Assembly: GCA_965249575.1 (NCBI GenBank) | Contig: OZ252244.1 | Span: forward strand, 384,001-448,000 | DNA: 64,000 nucleotides | Direction: 5' to 3' | Source: Gemmatimonadales bacterium | GTDB lineage: Bacteria; Gemmatimonadota; Gemmatimonadetes; Gemmatimonadales; GWC2-71-9 | Part shown: positions 32,757 through 42,809 of the stretch, in pieces | Layout of the letters: each line of letters opens with the position of its first letter | Position numbering within the stretch: position 1 is the stretch's first letter | Made by a program: the position numbers and the translations under genes | Notes under the pieces: model-generated | The model's database searches: none | Seen by the model: the letters and a program-made list of their open reading frames with translations, nothing else | What the model was told of the DNA's origin: nothing

Positions 32757-34187
32757 CTACCGCATGGCCGCCCGGGAAGGGACAGGCGCCCCATCCGGGC
32801 CGTTGTCCCAGTCTTGAACGCTCGAGATGTTGGGCATGCCCCACTGGTGTCCATTCCACCCGTTGAAGCCGTCCATCTTGAACGCCCAGAAGCCGCTTCG
32901 TTTGTCACTGATGACGATCAGCCCGTCGGCGTTCCGGACATCGACCCCAAAGGCTCCGTCCAGGCCGCCGCGCTGGCCCGCCCCCTCGGCGCCGGCGGGG
33001 AGAACGCACTCACACGTGTAGTAGTAGCCCACGGTGTACGGGTTGGTCGGATTCATCATGTTGAAGATCTGCAGCCCGTCCATGTATCCTGACACGAACA
33101 CGTACGGCCAGCGGATCTCGTGGTTGTGCGCGAGCCCGTCCCACGAGGCCAGCCAGGCGCCGATCGGCCGAGAGATGTTCTTCACCTCGCCGTCCAGCCC
33201 GGGCTTCAGGTCGAAGAGGCGCAGCGGTGCGTACTGATACTCGACCTCGGTGACTGCGTACCGGCCGTCGGGCGTCGGCGTGAACGTGTGACCGCGCGTC
33301 ACACCGGCGACTCCGGTGACCGACGTCAGCAGTTGGGGCTCTTCCGGAGTGGACACGTCGAACACGTAATAGCCGCCGACGCCGGCGCCGTAGAACTTGT
33401 CTTGCCGCGTCGCCGGATCGTACCCGACGTAGAAATCGTGATACCCCCTGACGGGCGTGTTCTGCAGCTCGGGAACCGGGACCCGCGAGATGAGTCCCTG
33501 ACCCGCATCGTCACTCAGAAACCGCTCCATGTCGTAGACGTTCGCGTGCGGCGCCTGCACGGTGGCAAGCAGCAGTACCCGACCGTCAGAGTGCTTGTAC
33601 GCGAAAATGTTGTGGAAGCCACCCGGCGTATCCGGAGTGCGGATCAATCCCACCAGCTTCACCATCGACGTGTCGGGGAGGCCGGTGACGTCCAGAACGG
33701 CTGCGCCCACATCGGCGTTCAGGCCACCCGATCGAAACTGAAGCGATGCGACGTCGTAGTAGCGGCCCTTCAGCTTGAAGTATTTGTTGTCCATCCCGCC
33801 GGCCGGGTTGTGCGATTCTTGTTGATCGATGCGCCAGCTATACAGCAGTACGGGCTTGGTAGGATCCTCGATGCCGATGATGTCCACGCCCTTCGACGGA
33901 ACGCGGTGGGGCTGATCCGACCCGGGCAGGAAATCCCGCCGCGGCATGTACGCGAACGGTCGACTCAGCTCCTGCTCGATCTCGATGTCCGCCGTCGTCC
34001 GGAACCAGCCCAAGGGCAAGTGTCCCACCACGTGAACGTTCCCACTTCTCCCGTGATGGGGATTGCGGAGGCTGTTCGAGGGATCGTTCATCGCCCGGTC
34101 CTGACCCTCCGCCGCCGTGGTAACGAGCGCAGCCAGGACGACGACGGGGACCAGCCCCGCACCTAGGAATCGGTGATTTACTGACAT
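32757..34187 (-). CDS. secreted LVIVD-repeat-like beta-propeller protein, paralogue 3
   Basis: colinear with 13457 and 15051 (ADIEIEQELSRP, DNKYFK, PGGFHN, HNHE, GWNGHQWGMPN); start could be 34205. Confidence 0.75.
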   Translation of the reverse strand: MSVNHRFLGAGLVPVVVLAALVTTAAEGQDRAMNDPSNSLRNPHHGRSGNVHVVGHLPLGWFRTTADIEIEQELSRPFAYMPRRDFLPGSDQPHRVPSKGVDIIGIEDPTKPVLLYSWRIDQQESHNPAGGMDNKYFKLKGRYYDVASLQFRSGGLNADVGAAVLDVTGLPDTSMVKLVGLIRTPDTPGGFHNIFAYKHSDGRVLLLATVQAPHANVYDMERFLSDDAGQGLISRVPVPELQNTPVRGYHDFYVGYDPATRQDKFYGAGVGGYYVFDVSTPEEPQLLTSVTGVAGVTRGHTFTPTPDGRYAVTEVEYQYAPLRLFDLKPGLDGEVKNISRPIGAWLASWDGLAHNHEIRWPYVFVSGYMDGLQIFNMMNPTNPYTVGYYYTCECVLPAGAEGAGQRGGLDGAFGVDVRNADGLIVISDKRSGFWAFKMDGFNGWNGHQWGMPNISSVQDWDNGPDGAPVPSRAAMR

Positions 34188-34637
34188 GCAGTGATTGACG
34201 GCCATATGATCGGGCCTCATGACGATGCACGGTGAGCTGGACGCCGAGCGCTTCCGGGCGATCGTCGGCTCGGCCGGACGCCCTGCGGAGGGGATAAGAT
34301 ATCGTGGCGCCGCGGCGTGAGGCCAGGAAGCCCGCCGCGGCGCCGGAACTGCCAACTCGAGGCGACGTTTCCTGCCTATCCGCGTCCACCTTCGGCTACC
34401 GTACCGCGATGGGGTTCCGCGGTGAACCTGTCGCCCCCTGCAGCCGAAGCGGCGCAGAGATGAACGCAAACTCCTAGGCCCTGTCCGCGGCCAGTGTCGC
34501 CATGTCAAGGTTCTCGAGGTTGTTATACTCCATCCGGTTCATCAGCCACTGGTGTGCCTCGAACGGCCGATCGAGCTTCTTACCGGGTACGGTTATAGAG
34601 TCCTTCTCACAGATCACCGCCATTGAGGGTCAGAGTC

Positions 34638-35348
34638 ATGAATAGCACGACTAAAGACTCACAACAACGAGCCGCGAGATTCGCTGGACTCATGTATCTA
34701 CTCACAATTGTGACCTGGGCCTTCGCATTCTATGTGCGCTCCGGTCTCGTTGTGGATGGCAACGCATCGGAAACAGTCAACAACATCGTGACAAATGAGC
34801 GGCTCTTTCGCATAAGCATTGTCAGCGATCTAGTAACTTTCGCCGGCGTCGTGGTGCTCACTGTGGCACTCTGGGTGCTGCTCAAGCCTGTAAATAGAGA
34901 CATCGCTTTGCTCGCAGCATTCTGGAGACTCGTGGAGTCGTCGATTCTTTGCGTCATCACCCTAAGTAGCTTCTTGGTACTATATCTCTCGAGCGGTGCG
35001 GAGTACCTAAAGGCAATCGAGGCGGGTCAACTGCAAGCTCTTGCGATGTTGGCGATTGCGTTATACGGAACCGGATGGATCGTTGGCCCAATCTTCCTAG
35101 GTTTGGGGTCCGCGGCTTTCAGCTACCTGTTGTTCCAGTCACGCTATGTTCCGAGAGCACTGGCCGCATTGGGAGTGTTTTCCTCCTTGCTGTTGACGAC
35201 GTGCGCTCTCGTGATAGTCGTGTTTCCCGGCTTCGCGACCATTGCAACAAGCGGTTTTGTGCCGCTATTAATCTACGAGATTACGCTTGGTCTATGGTTG
35301 CTGCTCAGAGGTGCAAGCCTCCAGTCGACTCCAGCGCATGCGGCCTAG
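34638..35348 (+). CDS. DUF4386-like membrane protein
   Basis: AAR.AG.MYL, LFRI, LLKPVN..ALLAA.WRLVE, SRYVPR.LA.LG, EITLGLWLL.RG; visibly lower GC than the flanks. Confidence 0.8.
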   Translation: MNSTTKDSQQRAARFAGLMYLLTIVTWAFAFYVRSGLVVDGNASETVNNIVTNERLFRISIVSDLVTFAGVVVLTVALWVLLKPVNRDIALLAAFWRLVESSILCVITLSSFLVLYLSSGAEYLKAIEAGQLQALAMLAIALYGTGWIVGPIFLGLGSAAFSYLLFQSRYVPRALAALGVFSSLLLTTCALVIVVFPGFATIATSGFVPLLIYEITLGLWLLLRGASLQSTPAHAA

Positions 35349-35604
35349 TTGAAGACAGGTGTGCCTCGAATGTGCCTTGGTTACTAAACACCTGAGTAGC
35401 ACCGACGATGAATTCTGAAAACATACCACGCGTTTACAAGCCCGGTTCTCACCCTCGATAGGGAGGCCTTGGGGGGCGACCGGTTTGCGGCGTGTAATAA
35501 TGAAGCAGGTGGGCCGAATCGGCGAGTCAGGTGCGGTTCGGACAGGATTCTTTCTGGAGGGTCGTTCAGCACCAACGACGTTCACGTCCGTACTGCCCAC
35601 TAGG

Positions 35605-36059
35605 TTATCGACACTCCGCCTCGAGCGTCCCATCGCCCACCACTTCGCTGCTCTGGTCCTCGAACACACCGCTTGCTCGAACGCCTTGGTCTTCGATCTG
35701 GATCAGAGGGTCCGGCACGATCCCCGAGCTCGTCATCCACCCCGATCGCGCGACGACGAGAGAGACCCACTACCGTCTTGCATGTACACGCTCACTTCGT
35801 GGTTGGTCATGTTGCTGAGAGACGTTCGATCGACCGTGACGGTGAACCGAACACCCGCATCGGTCGTGCCCATGCCACTCAACGTGGGGCCATCTGGGCC
35901 CTGGGTTGCCCCCAGGTCGCACCAGGTGACTTGGAACTCATACGTAGTGCCTACGACGGTCAGTGTACCGCTCCCCTCAGCGTCCTGCGCGTGCGCATGT
36001 CCGCCCATACCCAGCAAACACGCTCCGAGCACTGCGGTGATAACGATGATGCTCCTCAT
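35605..36059 (-). pseudogene. secreted hypothetical protein with one frameshift
   Basis: AGGAG RBS and signal peptide AHA/Q; frame ends at 35733, but a shifted frame continues WMTSSG..PLIQIEDQGVRASGVF..GTLEAEC to TAA at 35605. Confidence 0.55.
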
Positions 36060-36479
36060 GATGGATCGTCTCCTGAACAGACGTATCGAGAATCCCGCCA
36101 ATGTATGACCTGGACCTGAGCCCGGGAACCAACGTGCGAGACACGGCACCGGCGCGATGAACTCGTCATTCGCCCGACGCCGGAACGGGCAATACTTGGA
36201 ATGCCCACCCCAGCGTTTCCCGTGTGCCAGAGGCTCGGCAGCACGACCGGCGGCGGCTACGAGGTTTCATTGGGGCGGTTCCGAGGGAAAGCGGGCCGCT
36301 GCCGATGCTCTACAGGTTTTGAACTTTGAGGCATCACAAAGAGCGGCACACCATCCGGCAGGGGCTCCAGGGTGGTCTCGGATCATTGTCCAAAAAAAGA
36401 ACCCTGAGAAAGTGCTGCGAGCGCCACTATGATCCCAAGATTCCTCGCGGCGATGCTCAGGCGGCCTTGCGGGTTGTCC

Positions 36480-36869
36480 TCACGCGCACTTGGGCACGCC
36501 TTCCTTGGTCGCGGGGGGTAGCGGGGCCGCACTCCCTACGTAGATGACGCATTGCTTGAGGGTCTGCGTGTGCGAGGCTGTGCCCTGCCATCCGCTCGGA
36601 GTTACTCCGGAGAGAGCCACCGCGACACCGGTCGAAGCCACGTAGAAGAGGCTCGCGGACGGTATGGCCCCGCCGTAATACGCCTCATTGTCGTACTGGT
36701 AGGATTCCTGTGCGGTCGCGAGGTTCCGGAGATCCGACTTCATCGTGGACAGGTACGCCTGTTCCTTGCTGCTCGCGAATTTCGGGATCGCGATCGCCGC
36801 GAGGATGCCAAGGATGACCACCACGATAAGGAGTTCGATGAGCGTGAAGCCGTCTCGTCGCGAGCGCAT
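36480..36869 (-). CDS. type IV pilin-like protein
   Basis: GFTLIELLIVVVILGILAAIAIPKF prepilin motif, MKSDLRNL, C-terminal Cys pair. Confidence 0.9.
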   Translation of the reverse strand: MRSRRDGFTLIELLIVVVILGILAAIAIPKFASSKEQAYLSTMKSDLRNLATAQESYQYDNEAYYGGAIPSASLFYVASTGVAVALSGVTPSGWQGTASHTQTLKQCVIYVGSAAPLPPATKEGVPKCA

Positions 36870-36909
36870 ATCCCCATCCCGTAGGTGCAAGTGAAGTAGG
36901 TTGCGCGCC

Positions 36910-36946
36910 CCGGGGGTGACGGCGGCCGAAACCGCCACCACCCCGG
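36910..36946. other. GC-rich stem-loop between the two pilin genes
   Basis: CCGGGGGTGACGGCGG-CCGAAA-CCGCCACCACCCCGG. Confidence 0.5.
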
Positions 36947-36961
36947 TACACGCAGGCTACA

Positions 36962-37090
36962 TCAGGTGCACTTAGGCGCACCTTCTTGGGTCGCAGGCGC
37001 CAAGGCAGTCGTACCCACGTAGATCGCGCAGGTCTTCGTGGTCAGGTTGTGACCGACCGAGGAGGTGAAACCATCGGCCGTAACGGTTGT
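36962..37090 (-). pseudogene. C-terminal remnant of a second pilin
   Basis: HNLTTKTCAIYVGTTALAPATQEGAPKCT matches HTQTLKQCVIYVGSAAPLPPATKEGVPKCA of the adjacent pilin; 5' part absent. Confidence 0.7.
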
Positions 37091-37094
37091 GCCC

Positions 37095-37772
37095 ATGTGG
37101 GTCGATTCGGGCGTTCCGCTCGTGTTCGCCTGGTCGTTCTGTATTCTCGTGCCCACGATCGGCAACGCGGCGGTTGTTCTCACGATCTACATCGTACGTA
37201 AGCAGCCGGACTGGCAGACGTTCCGGTTTCGATTTCGATTGCAGCGCCCCTCCGCCCGTCAGCTCGCGTCGATTCCTGCGCTGGTGGTCGTGATCCTCGT
37301 ACTGAACGAGTCCCTGGCGTGGACAATCCCCTGGCTCCAGGAGCTGCCCGGATTCGGACTGCCGCCGATCGTCCCCGAGGTTTTCGCCAATCCCTACGAA
37401 GCCGTGAACCCGGCGAGCGGATCCGCGACATTCCTCGGCGTTCCCCTGAATCGGGACGCCGCATGGCTCGTTCCCTTCTGGCTGATCTGGGTGGTCGGCG
37501 GAGTCCTCGGCGAAGAGCTCGTGTGGCGAGGTTACCTCTTGCCTGGGCAGGAGACGCGGTACGGCCGCTGGGCGTGGCTCGTGAACGGGATGCTCTGGAA
37601 CGTCCCCTTCCACCTCTACACGCTGTCCAGCTGCCTCTCCGACCTGCCGCTCTACCTGGTGCTCCCCTTCGTCGTTCAACGCACCGGCAACACATGGGTC
37701 GCAGTCGGCGTCCACGCACTGATGGTCTCGATGGCATATGTCCTGATCCTGCCGGGCGTCTTTCGAGGCTGA
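37095..37772 (+). pseudogene. CPBP/CAAX protease family gene, probably 5'-truncated
   Basis: GEELVWRGYLL, PFH, VH motifs; its 5' end abuts the pilin remnant directly. Confidence 0.65.
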
Positions 37773-37868
37773 CGCGTACGCACCGCCAGAGGGAAGGGGA
37801 CCGTGCCAATCCCGCCGAAAAAGATGCGGCCACCCTAAAACCACGTGGCCCTGTCACAACGACTTACC

Positions 37869-37914
37869 CAATAGCGGAGGAGGGACTCGAACCCCCGACA
37901 CGCGGATTATGATT
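37869..37914 (-). repeat. att site: 46-bp duplicate of the tRNA-Met 3' half
   Basis: CAATAGCGGAGGAGGGACTCGAACCCCCGACACGCGGATTATGATT is identical to 46291-46336. Confidence 0.95.
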
Positions 37915-37942
37915 ATGGCGCGTCGGGCGGACTCATCAGGGC

Positions 37943-38302
37943 TCATCCGGACAAGTCGGGAAAAGAAAAGGCGTTACTGTAGTGCTCGGCATCGTGGTCG
38001 AGGCGGATCGTCTCCGACCCCGTGCCAGTCGCGTCGAACGTGGCGACTGGGGCACCGCAAGCGCCGCCGGACCATTCGCAGATCTCCACGCTCAACAGCG
38101 GCAGGAGGCTCGGATCGAACACTCCCGTCGGAATGGGGTTCGGGGCGAGGGGCGGCAGGAAGTAGAAGCCGGCTCGGCCCCCGCCATGCGTGGCGTCCGA
38201 GATCGCGAGGTCCGGTTGGTCCTGCTCAATGATCTGGACGGGAAGATCCGATTCGCACGCGAGTAGGACGAGGGCTAAGAGAGATCCGAGGATCCGTTTC
38301 AT
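37943..38302 (-). pseudogene. 5' fragment of a lipoprotein gene cut near the att junction
   Basis: GGAG RBS, lipobox LLAC, ISDATHGG..FYFLPP..VEIC..C; ends about 30 bp from att. Confidence 0.55.
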
Positions 38303-38720
38303 GGTGGGGCGCTCCGGTGACCGGATGGACAGCCATTCTCGGACAGCAGCCAAGCCGGCGCAAGAAGTGGCGCGGATGCAACACCCCCCGAATCGAAGAG
38401 CGGCAGGATGTATGTCCTGTTCCAAGGGCGGCTATGGGGATGCGACGTGGATGGCCAATCCACTGCGCGCGGCTAAAGCATCGCGGTCGAGGAGGTTGCG
38501 AAGCGGTGTGCCTCGAGTGTGCCTTGGTCGCCGCGCTGGCTCGGAGCACCGGCCCGCCTTGCGCCCCGATTCGCCCCGTCGCTAGGCGCGCCGCCAAGAA
38601 TCGGTCGTGGCTATGCCTCCTGAAGCCCCGAGGGCCTCGAGCAGCTGCTGAAAACGGGGCTCGTCGCGCTAGGCCAGCGCCGGTAACTCGGGCCGCGTCG
38701 AGTTGCTGGACTTCGGTGAT

Positions 38721-38848
38721 CGTCGTCCCGTCTGGTCCCTTCTCGTCCCGTTCCGTCCCTTCCTGTACCGACTTACGAGCGACTTCGTCCCATCCTGAGC
38801 CGTCCTGTACCGTCCAGTCCCGCCTAGTTGGTTTGCAAATGGTTTGCA
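38721..38848. repeat. 10-bp-period degenerate repeat tract followed by a TGGTTTGCA direct pair
   Basis: CGTCGTCCCG TCTGGTCCCT TCTCGTCCCG TTCCGTCCCT TCCTGTACCG; TGGTTTGCA at 38829 and 38840. Confidence 0.7.
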
Positions 38849-38883
38849 GAATCAGGGCATCGTGAATCGTGCATCGAGGTCAG

Positions 38884-39711
38884 CTAGCTAGTGTTATCCT
38901 CCCCCGGTTCGAGTCGCTCCAACAGCGCGTTCACGTCCGAGCGGAGCCTCTCGATCTCTCGGTCCCTCGCCCGAAGCTGCTCCTGGAGATCCCGCGTGCG
39001 GCGCTCGAGCGCCTGGATCGCCAGCAGGTTGACGCCGTCGATGTCGGTCGTGGTGATCGTGGTATCGCTCTCGCCCAGTCCAAAGGCGGCGTAGAAGTCC
39101 TGCGCCGTGGGGCCGATGTGCCGGATCGATGGCTCCTGCGATCGGTAGCTCCAGCTCTGGATGGGCAGGCCCGCAATCTTCTCCAACACGGGCTCCCCGT
39201 CTTCGTCTCGAAAAGCCTCCTTCAGGTGGCGAGCCGAGAGGGTGGACCACGCGTTGCCTCCGCCGGGCAGAGAGACACCAGAAGTCAAAGCCGCGTCTGA
39301 ATAGAACGTGGTCCCGCCCGTCGCGCGCACAACGAACGACTGGTCCGCCGTTGCGGTGACGATGTTAGAGGTGGAGAAGTCACCGTAGACGAACGCGCCT
39401 CTGTGTCCGTTGGTGGAGGAGTTTATCCCCATCGCCGTGGAGGAGAGGCCGCTGGCCGTCGTTTGAAAGCCCATCGCCGTGGAGAAGTTGCCGCTCGCGG
39501 TCGTGCCCGCGCCCATCGCCGTGGAGCTTTGACCGCTGGCCGTCGTTTCAGAGCCCATCGCCGTGGAACGGTCGCCGCTGGCCGTCGTTTCAGAGCCCAT
39601 CGCCGTGGAGACGTCGCCGCTCGCGGTCGTGCTTTCGCCCATCGCCGTGGAGTTTTCGCCGCTGGCGGTCGTTTGGCTGCCCATCACGGTGGAGACGTCG
39701 CCGCTGGCCAT
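38884..39711 (-). pseudogene. 3' part of a YadA-head (Hep_Hag)-repeat protein with a peptidase S74 chaperone domain
   Basis: 14-aa ASG..STAMG..TT repeats, then W.T.S.R.LK..F, LPIQSWSY, HIGPTAQDF..AFG, D.DG..L.AIQ.L and a coiled coil; no signal peptide or RBS. Confidence 0.75.
39415..39708 (-). repeat. seven 42-bp coding tandem repeats
   Basis: GCCCATCGCCGTGGA core recurs every 42 bp. Confidence 0.9.
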
Positions 39712-40967
39712 AGCGCCTTCATCATGACCGCGAGTTCACCATAGAAGACAAGCTTGCTGCCTAGAATACGGCTCCAAGGGGTGGACGCTGTCTGGCACTC
39801 ATGGAGGGATGTTGCACCAAGCGTTATGGCAAAGAGAAGGACTATTCCGATATCAACACCTGGGACTGTCCATCGCTCATCGATGTACAGCAGCCAGATA
39901 GACTGGGCGATCAATGCACAGGCCACGAATCCTTGAACATAGAACAGTCCGTTCCAACCAAGGTAGACAAGCCATTGGTGCACGGTTAGCGCTTGGGGAT
40001 TGCGAGCGAACAGCTTCAGTGCATAAAGAAAGTTCTGATACGTTCCGGTCGCCCACCTGCGTAGCTGCAGGTGATATGCGCCAAGGTTGTGAGGAGAGTA
40101 CCCGTCTGCGACACGTGTAGCCAAGAACGTCCCCTTCCATCCGCGCTGATGCAGATTTAGTGAAGTTCTAACGTCTTCGGTCACACTACTCTCGTCAAAT
40201 CCTGCAACGTTGGCTAGCGCAGCTGTTCTTATAAGAACATTGCTCCCGGACATAAACACACACCCCGTGGCAGAAAGCCCTGGGCAGATGTGGTCGTAGA
40301 AGATGCGTTGCTTGTATGCGTGGGCGGCTTCAACAAGCGAGGGGGCGGCGTCAACGTACGTTTGAGGAGCCTGTACGAAGGCGAGATCGGGATCGTTCAT
40401 CAGGACTGGAACCATCGTAGAGAGGATCCCGGGTGCCGGAGCATGGTCCACGTCAAGTACCAGAACGTACTCCACTTCGGGCCCCAGGTAACCGAGAGCG
40501 CAATTGAGCGCGCCGGCTTTGAAGCCCTTATCCGTCACCTTTCGAACAATCTGAACGGAGAGTCCCAGGTGCAAAGCGTGCTTCTCAAGTCTGGCTCTAT
40601 CTGAGTGAGTGCTGTTATCTATGATAACCACGGTGAGAGATCGGTAATCTACCTCCTTGAGGTGTTCAAACATCCTCGAGACGACAGTCGGTGGCTCATC
40701 TCTTATCGGAACTAGGATGGCCACACGTGGAGAGGGGTACAACGGTGCCCCCGACTGAAATGGTTGGTGACTTCTTCCACCAGCGTATCGGAAGTACCAA
40801 TATCCCAGCATGTGGAAGAACAGAAAGAACATTGCTACTCGGTAGGCACCGTTTCCACCTATGTCGAGAGCGCCGGTTCGCCCCGCATGAAGGCTCTCGG
40901 CGAGTGGAGCGACTACTATGCTTAGAAAAGACACAACGAGTACGACTAGGATTCGATAGGCGTGCAC
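39684..40967 (-). CDS. family 2 glycosyltransferase, cellulose-synthase-like, probably 3'-truncated
   Basis: FKAGALN, DVD, QAPQ, SGSN, TED and QLRRW (QxxRW) motifs; 3' end runs into the repeat gene; lower GC. Confidence 0.8.
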   Translation of the reverse strand: MHAYRILVVLVVSFLSIVVAPLAESLHAGRTGALDIGGNGAYRVAMFFLFFHMLGYWYFRYAGGRSHQPFQSGAPLYPSPRVAILVPIRDEPPTVVSRMFEHLKEVDYRSLTVVIIDNSTHSDRARLEKHALHLGLSVQIVRKVTDKGFKAGALNCALGYLGPEVEYVLVLDVDHAPAPGILSTMVPVLMNDPDLAFVQAPQTYVDAAPSLVEAAHAYKQRIFYDHICPGLSATGCVFMSGSNVLIRTAALANVAGFDESSVTEDVRTSLNLHQRGWKGTFLATRVADGYSPHNLGAYHLQLRRWATGTYQNFLYALKLFARNPQALTVHQWLVYLGWNGLFYVQGFVACALIAQSIWLLYIDERWTVPGVDIGIVLLFAITLGATSLHECQTASTPWSRILGSKLVFYGELAVMMKALWPAATSPP

Positions 40968-41029
40968 TGATGCGTGTTTCCGTGTTGGTAGCGAGTTTAC
41001 CAGGTGCTAACGAGGCTGCAAAACAAGTA

Positions 41030-41150
41030 GGGTAGCAGACGGCGATCGTATTGGGCACGTCCCTTACCGGCGTCGATCTTGTGCTTCATCTGCTGGCTAA
41101 AGGTATCTCGGGTCTTGCGACATGGGGACGTGCTACCTATGCGCTTGGGA
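41030..41150 (-). mobile_element. possible IS1182-family transposase remnant
   Basis: short frame MKHKIDAGKGRAQYDRR recalls the MK.KID...GR..Y..R segment of IS1182-type transposases; very short. Confidence 0.3.
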
Positions 41151-41199
41151 CGTGAGACATACACCGGGAGTGCCTGCCACCTAACTGATGGTGGGCAGC

Positions 41200-41287
41200 G
41201 CCGCCGCTGTCCGAACGCCAGTTCGCGCTCGAATCGCGTTAGCTGGTCAGCAAAGACGGCCTAAAGGCGCTCGAGCAGATCGGCCAT
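41200..41287 (-). pseudogene. degraded 5' fragment of a Ser/Thr kinase gene
   Basis: MADLLERL*AVFAD..RFEREL matches the fragment starting at 43534 and shares a 28-bp upstream sequence with it. Confidence 0.55.
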
Positions 41288-41532
41288 GCGACTGCTCCGG
41301 TGTACCGAGACCGATAAGGTAGAACCTGGGGAGGGCGACAGCCAGAGTCGCGGAGCGCCCCTATGTGGGATTACCCTATTCCCGTCTTCCTGCTCCCAAC
41401 GCGCACAGCGCCCGACCGTAGGGACCGGGCGCAGTTTGGCGGAATCCTTCAGGGTGCCGTTGAGAAGATCACGGGCCAGACGACCAACCATCTAGCAACA
41501 GGCTCTATGTCGACGCCAGACGTGCATCGAAT

Positions 41533-41889
41533 GTGCTCGATTTCGACGACTTGCTGTTGTACTGGAAGTTGGTCCTCGAGCACGGCACGGTGGCCGAGTC
41601 GGTCCGCACCTCGTTCGATCTCGTCTTCGTCGATGAGTACCAGGACACGAATGCGCTGCAGGGAGACGTCCTTCGATTGCTCAAGCCCGACGGCGTTGGG
41701 GTGACCCTGGTCGGCGACGAAGCCCAGTCGATCTATGCGTTTCGCGGCACGTCGATCGAGAACATACTCGGGTTTCCAGGCCAGTACGAGTGCATAGCCA
41801 CCGTTGCCCCGATCAGTCCCGTGGTTCGGGCTGCACTCGACCGAGCTTTGGCGAGGGACTCTATAGGAGAATCACCAGTGATCAAATAA
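41533..41889 (+). pseudogene. internal fragment of a UvrD/Rep helicase
   Basis: LDFDDLL, VDEYQDTN, VGDEAQSIYAFRG; no Walker A, no C-terminal half. Confidence 0.8.
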
Positions 41890-41898
41890 GGCGACACG

Positions 41899-42666
41899 CT
41901 ACACCTTCGGCAAAAAAGGATCCCTTGATGATGCCAGCTCAATAGCTTCTTTCATTTCGCCAACCCAAGGCTTGCCGTGCCCTGATAGCATAGTTACTTC
42001 TCCAATTTCGTTGAGTAAGCCAAGCGACTGATGGGCTTGTGTAAAATCGTTGTTCAGCAAGGGATGAGTCACTTGTGGATCGCCATGTTTTCCGGTCATC
42101 AGATTTCGGGTAACCAAAGTATCTCCGCTAAACAACACATTGCGCTTGGGCAGATAAAAAACTACCTCGCCTGCGGTATGCCCCGGCGTGTGAATTACGA
42201 GAGGTTTTCCGGGTACATCGAGAGTTTCACCATCCATAAAGGTTTTTACTCTTCTAATTTTTGGTAGGCTAAACACCCCATTAACCAACGCCGTGCCCAG
42301 CATTGTAGCAATATAAGGTCGCCAGGCATTGGACAATAATCCGTACCAGGGCAATTGTAATGCAGTGCCAGCCATTGCCGCATCTTCTTTATGGATATAA
42401 ACTGGGACTTTGGTTTGCGTTCTCAGCTTTTCGGCAAAACCAACGTGATCAGCATGGGCGTGGGTCAGAATGATTGCCTCCAAATCTTTGATATCAAAAC
42501 CAAGTGAGGCTATGCCTTTGGTAAAAACGCTGTAGTTTCCCGGAAAACCGGCATCTACCAGGGTTAGTCTTCCTTCGTCCTCAATGATGTACCAGTTGAA
42601 TGGTCCCGTATCGAAGTGGTAAATGCCTGGGGCTATAGTGGCTTCTGTTCTTTTTTGATGCCGCAT
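41899..42666 (-). CDS. MBL-fold metallo-hydrolase
   Basis: LVDAG, THAHADHVG, HTPGHT, FSGD, SGHG; markedly AT-richer than the host. Confidence 0.88.
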   Translation of the reverse strand: MRHQKRTEATIAPGIYHFDTGPFNWYIIEDEGRLTLVDAGFPGNYSVFTKGIASLGFDIKDLEAIILTHAHADHVGFAEKLRTQTKVPVYIHKEDAAMAGTALQLPWYGLLSNAWRPYIATMLGTALVNGVFSLPKIRRVKTFMDGETLDVPGKPLVIHTPGHTAGEVVFYLPKRNVLFSGDTLVTRNLMTGKHGDPQVTHPLLNNDFTQAHQSLGLLNEIGEVTMLSGHGKPWVGEMKEAIELASSRDPFLPKV

Positions 42667-42809
42667 AATTCGTGAGTCCTTTATAAAGCATACCAAGTAG
42701 TATGTTAGGTCACGCCGAGGTCTTCATCGCCTACACTTGTGGGGACAGACACTCCGGCTTGCTCCCAACTCTGCGCATATTCTTAGACTGGCCGCGGCGC
42801 ACCCTCCGC

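Noticed and set aside
37869..37914. Second tRNA gene
   Set aside because: Only the 3' half, from the anticodon loop onward, is present; it is an att duplicate.
39415..39708. CRISPR array
   Set aside because: The units are contiguous 42-bp in-frame coding repeats without unique spacers, and no cas genes are present.
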